A stretch of DNA of 64,000 nucleotides from positions 1-64,000 of IMG/VR virus record IMGVR_UViG_3300032323_003835. One strand, 5' to 3'. Source of the DNA: a virus. The position numbers and the translations under genes are program-made. The notes beneath the pieces were generated by a model, which saw only the letters and a program-made list of their open reading frames with translations, was not told where the DNA came from and did not search any database. Of this stretch, positions 47,378 through 56,658 are shown piece by piece (position 1 is the stretch's first letter; each line of letters begins with the position of its first letter).

Positions 47378-47385
47378 TTTTTTTA

Positions 47386-47730
47386 TTATTTTATTATTAC
47401 GGTCGTTTTTGCTATTTCTTTCTTGAGGGAATCCTCTAATAATAGATATAGGTATTTCGATTGTATTGAGTTTGTGTATATTTTTTTTACAACTTCACCT
47501 GCACTACTTGTGAATCTTTCTCTACTGATTACCTGATTTGTTTCTTTGTCAATTAGTGTAAGTGTATACACACCATCGAAAGGTACATTAAAATAGATAG
47601 ATTGGCCATTAGTTACGGAGCTTTCCTTAACACTGAATATGTCGTCTTTAGCTAATACATCAGGCAGTGGTAGTTCTGGTTTAGTACATCCAGCTAATAA
47701 AATCAACGATATCAAGATTATTTTTTTCAT
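47386..47730 (-). CDS. lipoprotein
   Basis: Lipobox LAGC; KIYT motif shared with neighbour. Confidence 0.7.
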   Translation of the reverse strand: MKKIILISLILLAGCTKPELPLPDVLAKDDIFSVKESSVTNGQSIYFNVPFDGVYTLTLIDKETNQVISRERFTSSAGEVVKKIYTNSIQSKYLYLLLEDSLKKEIAKTTVIIK

Positions 47731-48623
47731 TAGAATTTAAAATTAGTTCCTATCATAAACATTATTGGGTTACTCTTTTTATATCCAACAGATTCACTTA
47801 GTTTATCCCAGGTTGTGTTATATCTGATATTGGTGTTTAGTATAAACCTTTTAGTTATTTTCCAATCGATAGATGTACCATAGTATAAGTCTAGATTAAA
47901 ATCATCCAGATACCCTAAATCAGATTCGGTTCCATCTTTAAAAACTTTATACACATCACTCATTGCAAATATTTGAGGCGATATGTTTACCCTCTTCGTT
48001 TCGAATGTATATGTGTACATCGCCATACCTCTATATGTCATTTCGCTCGATGGAGGTATTTGTGGATAAATTAAATCCAAAAAATTGCCATCAACATCTA
48101 CTGTATATTTTCCTTCCCATTCACCTGGATAACTTCCCCAGAATGATTTAGATGCAATTAAGCTATAACCGAACGTTCCCCACTTCTTAGTTCGAAATAC
48201 ATCTATGAATGATAGTGTAATATCTTTTTGGAAGTTAAAATCCGTAGAGTAGAATGATTGTAAAGTCGTAGTCCTTTTCTGTGTGTTTTTACTAACACCA
48301 TAACCTACACCGTAATAATTCCATATTGGATTTATTGATGCTGCAAAAGTGTGTCCCCATTTTCCGTTTATAGATGATTTATGGTATCCTAGATTAAGAG
48401 TAGTTGATACTTGTTTTCCTATAATACCTACTGAAAGGTTCGAAGACGAAAGGACATCCTTTGAAAAATTAACATAAGATTGTAATATACCCACATCGTT
48501 CCAATCATCGCTTTCACCAAATAATTCTTTTGGAGACAGCTGTAATGTATCAGGTTTTTGTATTTGTGCATTTGATACAAATACAATTAAAAATAAAAAT
48601 ATGGTTAATACTATTTTTTTCAT
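47730..48623 (-). CDS. outer-membrane beta-barrel protein
   Basis: Signal peptide; alternating strands; C-terminal MIGTNFKF (BAM-type terminal Phe). Confidence 0.7.
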   Translation of the reverse strand: MKKIVLTIFLFLIVFVSNAQIQKPDTLQLSPKELFGESDDWNDVGILQSYVNFSKDVLSSSNLSVGIIGKQVSTTLNLGYHKSSINGKWGHTFAASINPIWNYYGVGYGVSKNTQKRTTTLQSFYSTDFNFQKDITLSFIDVFRTKKWGTFGYSLIASKSFWGSYPGEWEGKYTVDVDGNFLDLIYPQIPPSSEMTYRGMAMYTYTFETKRVNISPQIFAMSDVYKVFKDGTESDLGYLDDFNLDLYYGTSIDWKITKRFILNTNIRYNTTWDKLSESVGYKKSNPIMFMIGTNFKF

Positions 48624-50920
48624 TAGTTTATTTTTACCTTTAATTGTGTTCCGTTCTTATTAACAGCATCTGTTGTTGATACTGATGTTAAACCTAATAT
48701 GTTATTAATTCCTATTAATGGAACGAATGTTATTTTATATTCGGTTTTGCTGTCTAATGTTGTTGATCCGTCTGTTATTAACGAGCCAAGCGTTACTGAA
48801 GATCCTCTATTAGCACCAAAATTGGTTGGATTACCCTTTGTTGTAAAATCAACTTTTTCAAAACTTAAAGCAGTATTATCATAGTTTAATTGAAATTGTG
48901 TTCCTACAACTTCCTGCTGAAGAGGATCTAAAGATATTGTTATTATAACTTTTCCTCCAACTATTTCCCCCATTAAATAAGCCTTTATCTCATTAGAAGT
49001 TGATGTACTCATAGTTTTTAAACTCATACTTCTAACAGAATTACCGGCAACAGTACTTACACTTTGTTGTGCAGAATGGGATAAATTTACATCACCAACC
49101 CATGTTATGTTTACATTATAAGTATTGTTAAGTGTTCCTGTATTCAAACTGAACGGAAATAGACTTCTGGTTGAATTAAATTGTGTGTTCCAATTAGATT
49201 TCGTTATTGCATCATAATCAGATTTACTATACAATTTCATCAAATAAGTTAATGCTGAAAACTGCGTAAGAGACTGTGCCCCAGTTAAGTGCTGTAATAG
49301 TCTATACGTATCAGCTTCGTTGAATATACCATTTCCGTCTACGTCTGCGTTCATAAACTGAATACCTGACGTAAATTCATTTCCGCTTTCATTACCAAAT
49401 AATCCGCCTAATGATAATTCTTTAAATGCCAAATAAACATCAGATACTGTTACAATACTATTGTATAAAGAGTTTAATTCTGTTTGATTAGAATAAGACA
49501 ATTCAATCCCGTGTTGTTTAAATATTGTATTTGGGGAAAATGAATAATCTGCTTTAAATGCATACCATCCGTCCTGTAATCTTATATTGCTTTGGAACGA
49601 ACTTGCAGCAACTTTACTAGCCAAATTAATATTTCCGGGTACTACCCATTGTTTCCACCATCCATTAAAATCCATTGGTGTAATTGGACCTTCGTAGATA
49701 TCAAATAACTTTACATATTTTACATTGTTTAAGTTAATACCAGTTCCACTAAATACTCTTTCATCAATTTGTAATCTATGCCCGTTTCTTGATTGTTCGT
49801 ACGGATTTATAAGCGACCATTCTACTTGACCCGGAACTATCGTTGCTCTGACTCCGTCGGATATCTTTGCTGTATCTAAATCGTTTGTAATATCAACTTT
49901 ACCCAATCCACTTATTGATCTTGATACATTAGTTGTTGTACCCCATACATTGTTTACATAAGTATTTGCTTTTGCTGAGAATTTAGTTTCATCTACATTA
50001 CTACCAAAATCAAAATTGAATCTTGCGGTAAGGACTTCTCCGTTTGAGTGAGTTACTGAATTGGTATAGAACTCTGTAAATGTTGCATCGTCAGGATTAG
50101 TCCAAGTTCCATATTCGATTACATACGGATTACTAAAGTTATTAGGTAAATCGTTCCATTGAGAACCATTCCATTTTGTTACTGCGTAATCTTCATTACC
50201 AGAATTGTTTGGTTCGCCCGGTGCCCAGTTATTATATTGTCCGGGTATGTTTCCGTTTGTTTGTCCATTATTTATTTTAATTAAAGTTCCTTTTTCAGGA
50301 CCAGCATCAATCACCCATCTGGCTTCACTTGCTTCATCAGTTAGTGCAAACCATATATTTGATTGAGGTACATTATTAAAAATAAAAGCATCTTCATCTG
50401 GTGAAGTGATTGTTACCAAATATCCTTTTTGACCTTTAAATGTTGTTAATTCAGCGGCAGCCCTTGCGTTTGTATAAGTTGCTCCGGTTGATATTGGTCT
50501 ATAAAAGTGTCCGTTTGTTCCATTATAAAAGAAACCCGTTGGATTTACAGTTGCCGCTACTGATAATGCAATATTACCTCTTACCGAACCTGTGTTTACT
50601 TTAAGAGATGTTAATGCCGTATTAATACTTGCCATTGTGCCGGTTACCACTAAACGGGTCTTATTACCTGCTAATGTAAAACCACTTGCTGCGGTTAGAC
50701 CTGTTGTTATGGTTAGGTTAAATGTTGTACCTGTTGGTGGATTAACTAAACTGATTGATGCTAATAGAGTTGATGTAGAAGTAAAACCACTTAATACGAA
50801 TCCACTAGCATCTTGTCCGGCAGTAGATGGTAAAAAAGATTTAGAGTCCGGAGCAGATACACTCTGTCCGAACCCTAAAAATGAAATTAGTAAAAAAAAT
50901 ATTACTAATAATTTCTTCAT
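48623..50920 (-). CDS. secreted C-type lectin + dockerin-like + cohesin-like protein
   Basis: GYLVTITSPDE, WAPGEPNN..EDY..WNDL; ADVDGNGIFNEAD; GDVNLSHS; QFQLNYD. Confidence 0.8.
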   Translation of the reverse strand: MKKLLVIFFLLISFLGFGQSVSAPDSKSFLPSTAGQDASGFVLSGFTSTSTLLASISLVNPPTGTTFNLTITTGLTAASGFTLAGNKTRLVVTGTMASINTALTSLKVNTGSVRGNIALSVAATVNPTGFFYNGTNGHFYRPISTGATYTNARAAAELTTFKGQKGYLVTITSPDEDAFIFNNVPQSNIWFALTDEASEARWVIDAGPEKGTLIKINNGQTNGNIPGQYNNWAPGEPNNSGNEDYAVTKWNGSQWNDLPNNFSNPYVIEYGTWTNPDDATFTEFYTNSVTHSNGEVLTARFNFDFGSNVDETKFSAKANTYVNNVWGTTTNVSRSISGLGKVDITNDLDTAKISDGVRATIVPGQVEWSLINPYEQSRNGHRLQIDERVFSGTGINLNNVKYVKLFDIYEGPITPMDFNGWWKQWVVPGNINLASKVAASSFQSNIRLQDGWYAFKADYSFSPNTIFKQHGIELSYSNQTELNSLYNSIVTVSDVYLAFKELSLGGLFGNESGNEFTSGIQFMNADVDGNGIFNEADTYRLLQHLTGAQSLTQFSALTYLMKLYSKSDYDAITKSNWNTQFNSTRSLFPFSLNTGTLNNTYNVNITWVGDVNLSHSAQQSVSTVAGNSVRSMSLKTMSTSTSNEIKAYLMGEIVGGKVIITISLDPLQQEVVGTQFQLNYDNTALSFEKVDFTTKGNPTNFGANRGSSVTLGSLITDGSTTLDSKTEYKITFVPLIGINNILGLTSVSTTDAVNKNGTQLKVKIN

Positions 50921-50921
50921 A

Positions 50922-52562
50922 TTATTCTATAATTAAATTTATTTTGTTACCAGCTCCATCAACAGCATCTGATAAAACGAAATAAAATAAACCTGCGGTA
51001 TTTGTTAATTGAACCTTAGGTGTGAAAATTAATCTATATGGTTTTCCTGTTTTAATTCTAGCGGTTTTTATCTGATCGATTGAACCGAAAGTTAATCTAC
51101 CATCTTTATGTGTAGAGAAATTTGTCATGGTTGATCCTGAATCAAAGATTACATTATCTAATGTCAATTTAGATTCGTCATAATTCATAATAACCTCTAA
51201 TCCTGCTAATCCTTCTTTTGTTAGGTTTGTAGTTAATACAACTTTACCACCTTCTAATGTTGATGTTACACTCAATTTAGCAGTCTCTAATGCCTCAGTT
51301 CTATAAGCCATTGATTGAGTTGACATAGTTGTCTTGGCGTTAATAGAATTTACAGAATTTGTAAATTGACCAGCATTAATTCTACTTAAAATTTCTGAAG
51401 GATCTGATGAATGTGACCAGTTCAAATCACCACCCCACGCAAATACCGCATAAACTTCCTTAACCGGGGTATCAATTTTAACTTTATTTTTAACATTACC
51501 GTCTAACCAATCTTGATTTAATAAACCACTTTGCCATCTCCATGAAGTTGCAGTTGATGTTGGGATGAATGCGTTTGCTGAAACGTCTTGTCCCATAACA
51601 TAAGCGAATGAATAATATGAATCCGATTCATTAAATACTGCATCATTCCTAGTTATATTACCGACTTTCTTCTCCAAATTAGGATACGTAAAGAAATTAG
51701 AATTACCACTAATATCAGTTTGTGAGTGGCCTAAAAATGATTTATAAGCATCTGATACAGTAATGACGTTATTCATCCAAGCTTTTTGAGAAGCAGGACT
51801 TACGAATACTCCAACAGAATCACCAACTTTAACCTGTGTTGTAAATAGTGCTTCTCCGGTAGCATCCAATGGTAATTGTGCAACTGGTGGTACCGCCCAA
51901 TCAATTGTTCCGTCGGTTTTTAATTTCATCAGCTGAACATTATGATCTGCGATTGTATAACCTTGCGGGAATAAAACTTTAACCTTGAATTGAGAAGTAT
52001 TACCAACCACATTTGTTAATGATAGATTAGTAGAATTTCTAGTGATCGGAGAAATGTTTGCAGACAAATCGCTGATAGCATACGCTAAATCCAATTTGTG
52101 TATATCATTATAGGTATTTTGATCTTTTAACACATATTTTTGTGTTGCAATATCTCCGTTAATTGATGCATCAGCTCTTTGAACTGTTAATTGTCCAACG
52201 TTCCAATCGTTGTTTAAGATGTAAGCCCAAGGAGTAGCTTGATATTGACCATATAAATTAGTAGCTGTCACATTTGGGGCAGGTGTAAATGAGTAATTGT
52301 TCCATCCAGTAAAGAACGTTTGGGTTGAACTACCCTGTGTAAACGCAGTGCTGTTTGGCACCATTGCCAGTGCTTTGTTATTAAAGGAATATCTTAACCA
52401 AAAATAACGCGGAAGAGAAGTACCCCTGTCTACTGTGTACTTTACTGTTAATGTATCACCAACTTTATAGGGAGGAGCAGGTGTTACCGATTGAAACACG
52501 TTAATTTGAGCAAATGACGATAGGGACATTAACATTCCCAGGACTGTTAGTAGTTTTTTCAT
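50922..52562 (-). CDS. secreted cohesin/dockerin-like scaffold protein
   Basis: Signal peptide; VGDTL, YSFNNKAL, ITVSDAY, GDLNWSHS, LEVIMNYDESKL, DAVD..G. Confidence 0.7.
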   Translation of the reverse strand: MKKLLTVLGMLMSLSSFAQINVFQSVTPAPPYKVGDTLTVKYTVDRGTSLPRYFWLRYSFNNKALAMVPNSTAFTQGSSTQTFFTGWNNYSFTPAPNVTATNLYGQYQATPWAYILNNDWNVGQLTVQRADASINGDIATQKYVLKDQNTYNDIHKLDLAYAISDLSANISPITRNSTNLSLTNVVGNTSQFKVKVLFPQGYTIADHNVQLMKLKTDGTIDWAVPPVAQLPLDATGEALFTTQVKVGDSVGVFVSPASQKAWMNNVITVSDAYKSFLGHSQTDISGNSNFFTYPNLEKKVGNITRNDAVFNESDSYYSFAYVMGQDVSANAFIPTSTATSWRWQSGLLNQDWLDGNVKNKVKIDTPVKEVYAVFAWGGDLNWSHSSDPSEILSRINAGQFTNSVNSINAKTTMSTQSMAYRTEALETAKLSVTSTLEGGKVVLTTNLTKEGLAGLEVIMNYDESKLTLDNVIFDSGSTMTNFSTHKDGRLTFGSIDQIKTARIKTGKPYRLIFTPKVQLTNTAGLFYFVLSDAVDGAGNKINLIIE

Positions 52563-52563
52563 T

Positions 52564-53067
52564 TTAATTTAATAATTGTTTTATTGCTGTTCCGCATACC
52601 TTTTTAATAACAGTTGAAACGGATTGTTGATTCATCTTTCCTCCCTCGTCAACTATTAATGTTGACACTGAAATTTCGGATGCTTTTTCGGTTATTAAAC
52701 ATTCTTTTATTTTTTTCCCCTTGCTATCTAGGAGGTATGCTTTTATTTTTAATACGGTTTCAGCGTTGTTCTTATGGAATACAGCAACGCTAGATTTTGT
52801 TGTTTCAACATCAAAGAATAAAAGATCTATATTGATTTTATAATCAAATTTGGTCTCATCTTCTACTATGTCAAAATTTGTTTCTTGGAGATATTCTTCT
52901 AGGAGATTTTTGAATCCAAAAGTTAACGGCCTGGATCCTGCTAAATTACCGATCATGATCTTATTGTTTATTTCTCCAATAAGAACAGACTTTCCCTGCC
53001 CGAATGATGAAAGGGCAAAAAGGGAAACTACTAAAGTTAGTGTGAGAGATTTAAAGAGGTTTGGCAT
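52564..53067 (-). CDS. secreted CsgG/LptE-like alpha/beta protein
   Basis: Signal peptide; FGFKNLLEEYLQE, ALKK-like C-terminal helix. Confidence 0.55.
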   Translation of the reverse strand: MPNLFKSLTLTLVVSLFALSSFGQGKSVLIGEINNKIMIGNLAGSRPLTFGFKNLLEEYLQETNFDIVEDETKFDYKINIDLLFFDVETTKSSVAVFHKNNAETVLKIKAYLLDSKGKKIKECLITEKASEISVSTLIVDEGGKMNQQSVSTVIKKVCGTAIKQLLN

Positions 53068-53237
53068 TTTTTCCTATTTTATTAGGAAAAAACCCGGCAT
53101 TCCCCCTAAGGAGGGCTTCAAATAAAGATCATTTCTGATTGGGGATCGTGTTTCCCAAAGAGAGACCTTTATGATTTGCTGGTAAAAAAATTGTTTGCTT
53201 TTTTACCGAATGAGGATTTTTTCGAGTTTATATATCT
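53067..53237 (-). promoter_or_regulatory. GATATATA promoter + structured 5' leader (copy 2)
   Basis: Closing stem GAAAAAATCC/GGGTTTTTTC; alternative hairpin covers the ATG. Confidence 0.6.
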
Positions 53238-53274
53238 AATACAACTCTGAAAATCCACATAGTAAAAATAATAT

Positions 53275-53664
53275 TTATAATGATATTTGGAAACGGTCTT
53301 TCATCCTTTTAAGAGTATCGTCAGGTACCCCGTGTAAATTTTTATTCCCATGACGATTTTCTATTATAATAGAAAAAACCTGATATTCATACTTTTCTGC
53401 CAGATCATAGTATGCTTTCATTTCCCAATCCTGTGTGAATGTATTAGAAACTGCAATTTTATGTTTTCCCCACACCATTGCAGATTCGGTCTTTGATCTA
53501 CACCATTCATGAGCATCCTTTATTTTTGATGCATCAAAAGAATATTCGCCTGACTGGTTTATAAAATATTGATCCGCTTCAAAATATGTATCAGTAATTT
53601 GAGATGCGAAAGTTGACTTACCTGATCCTGGTAATCCCCTAACAATAAATAAAGATTTCTCCAC
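53275..53664 (-). CDS. P-loop kinase (AAA_33 / polynucleotide-kinase-like)
   Basis: RGLPGSGKST, EADQYF, AHEWC, VSNTF, HGVP. Confidence 0.85.
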   Translation of the reverse strand: MEKSLFIVRGLPGSGKSTFASQITDTYFEADQYFINQSGEYSFDASKIKDAHEWCRSKTESAMVWGKHKIAVSNTFTQDWEMKAYYDLAEKYEYQVFSIIIENRHGNKNLHGVPDDTLKRMKDRFQISL

Positions 53665-53715
53665 TTGCTTAATTTTTAAGCAATTTAAAATAAAATAACG
53701 GTAAACAAAAATGTA

Positions 53716-53844
53716 TTATCTTCCTTGTCCTCTGTAGTTCTTCTCTTTACGATCGCTCTTGTTGCGATTCTTCTTAGCAGTTCCTCTTCTTCTTTTACCG
53801 AAGGTAACTTTTTGACTGCTGGAGGTTCCTTTTGCCTTTGCCAT
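53716..53844 (-). CDS. 42-aa basic peptide ending YRGQGR
   Basis: Read manually: MAKAKGTSSSQKVTFGKRRRG...KNYRGQGR; AATATATA upstream. Confidence 0.7.
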   Translation of the reverse strand: MAKAKGTSSSQKVTFGKRRRGTAKKNRNKSDRKEKNYRGQGR

Positions 53845-53886
53845 TATTTGGGGTTTTTTACTATATATTCCCCAAAGTTAATTTTT

Positions 53887-54354
53887 TTAATGTCCAAAGG
53901 GAACTACATATATGTCGTCCCATTCTTCACCTTTCATTCCATCAAGTATGGATTTGGCTAGTGAGAATCTTCTATAAGAATCATATTTTAATTCCTGCTC
54001 TATTGCAGATAAAACTTGTAATAATGGAATTGCCGGTAAGGGATCTCCGTAGAGATCCTCTTTAATTTTTTCATCTCCTTCCCAGATCTCGACATTAACA
54101 TAATCCATTCCAAGATCGAACAATTCTGCTGATTTAGAATCCAATCCCAGATGCGATCCCTTAACACTATTTAAAAATCTCCAATCATTAAATTCAGGGG
54201 ATATTTCCTTGCCCTTGGAAAAAAGAATTAATTTAGATAGTGCACCTATCCCTATTTTAGAAAGGTCAACCCTAGCTACCTCTAGAAACGATTTATCTCT
54301 TAACACTCCAACAATTAATTTAATCTCGTACCCCATATCACCGGAACTATTCAA
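53887..54354 (-). CDS. hypothetical protein
   Basis: ORF track; MGYE..., DLYG, YRRF, FGH. Confidence 0.65.
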   Translation of the reverse strand: MNSSGDMGYEIKLIVGVLRDKSFLEVARVDLSKIGIGALSKLILFSKGKEISPEFNDWRFLNSVKGSHLGLDSKSAELFDLGMDYVNVEIWEGDEKIKEDLYGDPLPAIPLLQVLSAIEQELKYDSYRRFSLAKSILDGMKGEEWDDIYVVPFGH

Positions 54355-54556
54355 AATAACTTTTGCTGAAAACTGACGTAACTAATTTGTCGGAATGGAT
54401 TATTCTTAAGTACTTTTCCTGATCTATCCCGGATTGATCCTGGTGTATCCAAACTTTCTCGGAAGGCTTAAGTGGATTGGGTAGATGCAAGTTCCAACCT
54501 TTTTCTGAAATCCCTTTTTTAAGGGTTACTGTTTTTAAATTTTCTATAGATTCCAT
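54347..54556 (-). CDS. hypothetical protein
   Basis: ORF track. Confidence 0.55.
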   Translation of the reverse strand: MESIENLKTVTLKKGISEKGWNLHLPNPLKPSEKVWIHQDQSGIDQEKYLRIIHSDKLVTSVFSKSYFE

Positions 54557-54558
54557 GT

Positions 54559-54780
54559 TTAATATTTATTATGATCCGTGAATAATGGATCTATTGACTG
54601 ATCGATCTGTGTTGATTTTTTTCTTTCTATGTAGTCTAGTGCAGATTTTCCCATATGATCCATAAAATCGAAATTATCATTGAAGATATCTTTTTTAATC
54701 CCCGGATTTAATCCGTTTATCTTATTAAAAGAATCTAATTTTTTAGATATCTGTTCTAAATATTCCTTGCTCGGTATCAT
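54559..54780 (-). CDS. hypothetical protein
   Basis: ORF track. Confidence 0.55.
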   Translation of the reverse strand: MIPSKEYLEQISKKLDSFNKINGLNPGIKKDIFNDNFDFMDHMGKSALDYIERKKSTQIDQSIDPLFTDHNKY

Positions 54781-54790
54781 ATTTTATAAT

Positions 54791-55477
54791 TTATATTTTC
54801 CAAAAATATAATAGGGTCTGATGACCAGCCCCGTGTATCCATCCATTAAAACCTGCCTGATTTATTCTGTTAACAAATGCTTCCATTAGCTTTGTGTTTG
54901 AATTCTCGGTAATCCCGGATACGTTGTGCCACTCAATAAATATTCTATCAATCTTTCTTAGCGTATCGTCTGTTATTGTATTAAAACAGGATCTTTCTGC
55001 TCCCTCTATGTCAACCTTAAGAAAATCTATTCGGTCTAGTTTGCAAATAGAAAACACATCATCCAGTGTTATAGCTTCGACAAGTGCTTTTTCTTGTAAA
55101 GATGGCCAAAGCCCTATTTCAAACATACCTCTGTGGTCCGTGATTGCTTTATTATAGGTTTTCCAATTAACACCCTTATTCATCAATAAAGACTCGTAAA
55201 CAACCGGATCTGCCTCGAATGAATATATTTCTTTAACCCCAATCCTTTCCGCATATCTAGAGGACATACCTATATTAGACCCAAGATCGACAAAAATATC
55301 CCCGGGTTTGACCGAGCATTCCGGTTGAAAGCTTAGTTCAGTGTGATGAAAGGTAGACCAATACATACATGCCTCCCATCCATATTCTCTTTCGACATCA
55401 GATTGTGAAACATTGAAATTAACATTATCGAAATCCATTAATTTTCCACCTATGGTGTGGAATTTTTCTCTCATCAT
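54791..55477 (-). CDS. FkbM-family methyltransferase
   Basis: VDLGSNIG, SFEA, ITLDD, IDFLKVDIEGAE, IEWH. Confidence 0.9.
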   Translation of the reverse strand: MMREKFHTIGGKLMDFDNVNFNVSQSDVEREYGWEACMYWSTFHHTELSFQPECSVKPGDIFVDLGSNIGMSSRYAERIGVKEIYSFEADPVVYESLLMNKGVNWKTYNKAITDHRGMFEIGLWPSLQEKALVEAITLDDVFSICKLDRIDFLKVDIEGAERSCFNTITDDTLRKIDRIFIEWHNVSGITENSNTKLMEAFVNRINQAGFNGWIHGAGHQTLLYFWKI

Positions 55478-55488
55478 ATTCTGTATAT

Positions 55489-56178
55489 TTATTTAGTTCT
55501 GTAGTAATTTTTAAAGTTGTCTGAGAATGCTTTCGTGTACTTTTGGATCTCTTTGGTATCAAAAGAAGAATATAAACCAGTAGATAAAATTGCTTGAATT
55601 TCGTCACAAATTATTTTATCATCATCAGCATATCCCATTTTAATCAACGATTTTTTTATCGAATTGTAATCCTTCTTTTTCATTTCCGATATTAAAATAT
55701 CGCAGGATTTTTTATATTTCTTATTTGTGAAATATAGACCATGTGCTATTTCATGGTCCATAGTTTGGGATTTAAAACCATCAGCTCCTATTAGGTACCA
55801 ATTCGTCCTTATTCCTGCGTTTTTATTCTGCGAATCAAGAGAGCAATAAAAATAAATATCATTCATCACAACATCATATTCCGTTTCTTTGTAAAACAGA
55901 TTGTGTGCTTTTTTAAGAATATTTGATGGTATATTATACCCGGACCAGTCCCACGGATAGTTAAATACTTTTGATCCACGTTCGGTCTTGTATAATTTCA
56001 TGAATTCGAACAGGGTAAAGTATTTTCCTCTTATTTTTTTGAAGGGTGATTCATAAAACTCTTGATATCTACAAAAAAGCATAGCCCTATCGTAATGATC
56101 CTTTATAGCTGCTCCGTATATTTTTGGAGCTATTTCTTTAACAGTGCCACTCACAAGTCTGCTTTTTATTTTATGCAT
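55489..56178 (-). CDS. hypothetical with HExxH motif
   Basis: FCRYQEFYESP, DWSGYN, HEIAHG, DEIQA. Confidence 0.65.
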   Translation of the reverse strand: MHKIKSRLVSGTVKEIAPKIYGAAIKDHYDRAMLFCRYQEFYESPFKKIRGKYFTLFEFMKLYKTERGSKVFNYPWDWSGYNIPSNILKKAHNLFYKETEYDVVMNDIYFYCSLDSQNKNAGIRTNWYLIGADGFKSQTMDHEIAHGLYFTNKKYKKSCDILISEMKKKDYNSIKKSLIKMGYADDDKIICDEIQAILSTGLYSSFDTKEIQKYTKAFSDNFKNYYRTK

Positions 56179-56332
56179 TCTTAAGATATTAAATTAATCA
56201 AAAATACGAACAATTCTCGAGGAATTAAAACGTTTAAAATTGTAGCTATTATTTACCAAATATTTCAGTGATAGGGAATTTTTAATAAAATCCTACATTT
56301 TTTTTGAATATATAAATCAAATAACAAAAATT

Positions 56333-56632
56333 ATGGGAATATTAATATTAGCGGTCGCAATATGTTCTTTGTATTTAATTTACGTAAGCAAAACAAAAAA
56401 AGATAAACCTAAAGTACAGGAAGCCCCAGAAAAAATAGAACCTACTACAAACATAGAGATTGTGCAAGATGTAGAGTTACCAGTTAAAAAAACAAGAAAG
56501 CCAGCAGCTAAGAAGCCAGAGGTTAAAAAACCAGCAGCTAAAAAACCAACAGCTAAGAAGCCAGAATCTAAAAAACCAGCAGTTAAAAAAACTAAGGCTG
56601 AACCGGCTAAATCAAAGAAGTCTAAAAAGTAA
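56333..56632 (+). CDS. membrane-anchored histone-H1-like protein
   Basis: TM helix plus KKPAA/KKPEV pentapeptide repeats. Confidence 0.7.
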   Translation: MGILILAVAICSLYLIYVSKTKKDKPKVQEAPEKIEPTTNIEIVQDVELPVKKTRKPAAKKPEVKKPAAKKPTAKKPESKKPAVKKTKAEPAKSKKSKK

Positions 56633-56658
56633 TAAGGATCACCAAGAATCTGGACGAT

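Noticed and set aside
53067-53237. c-di-GMP-I riboswitch (GCAAA motifs present)
   Set aside because: Lacks the GNRA-capped P2 and full consensus; left as an unnamed structured leader
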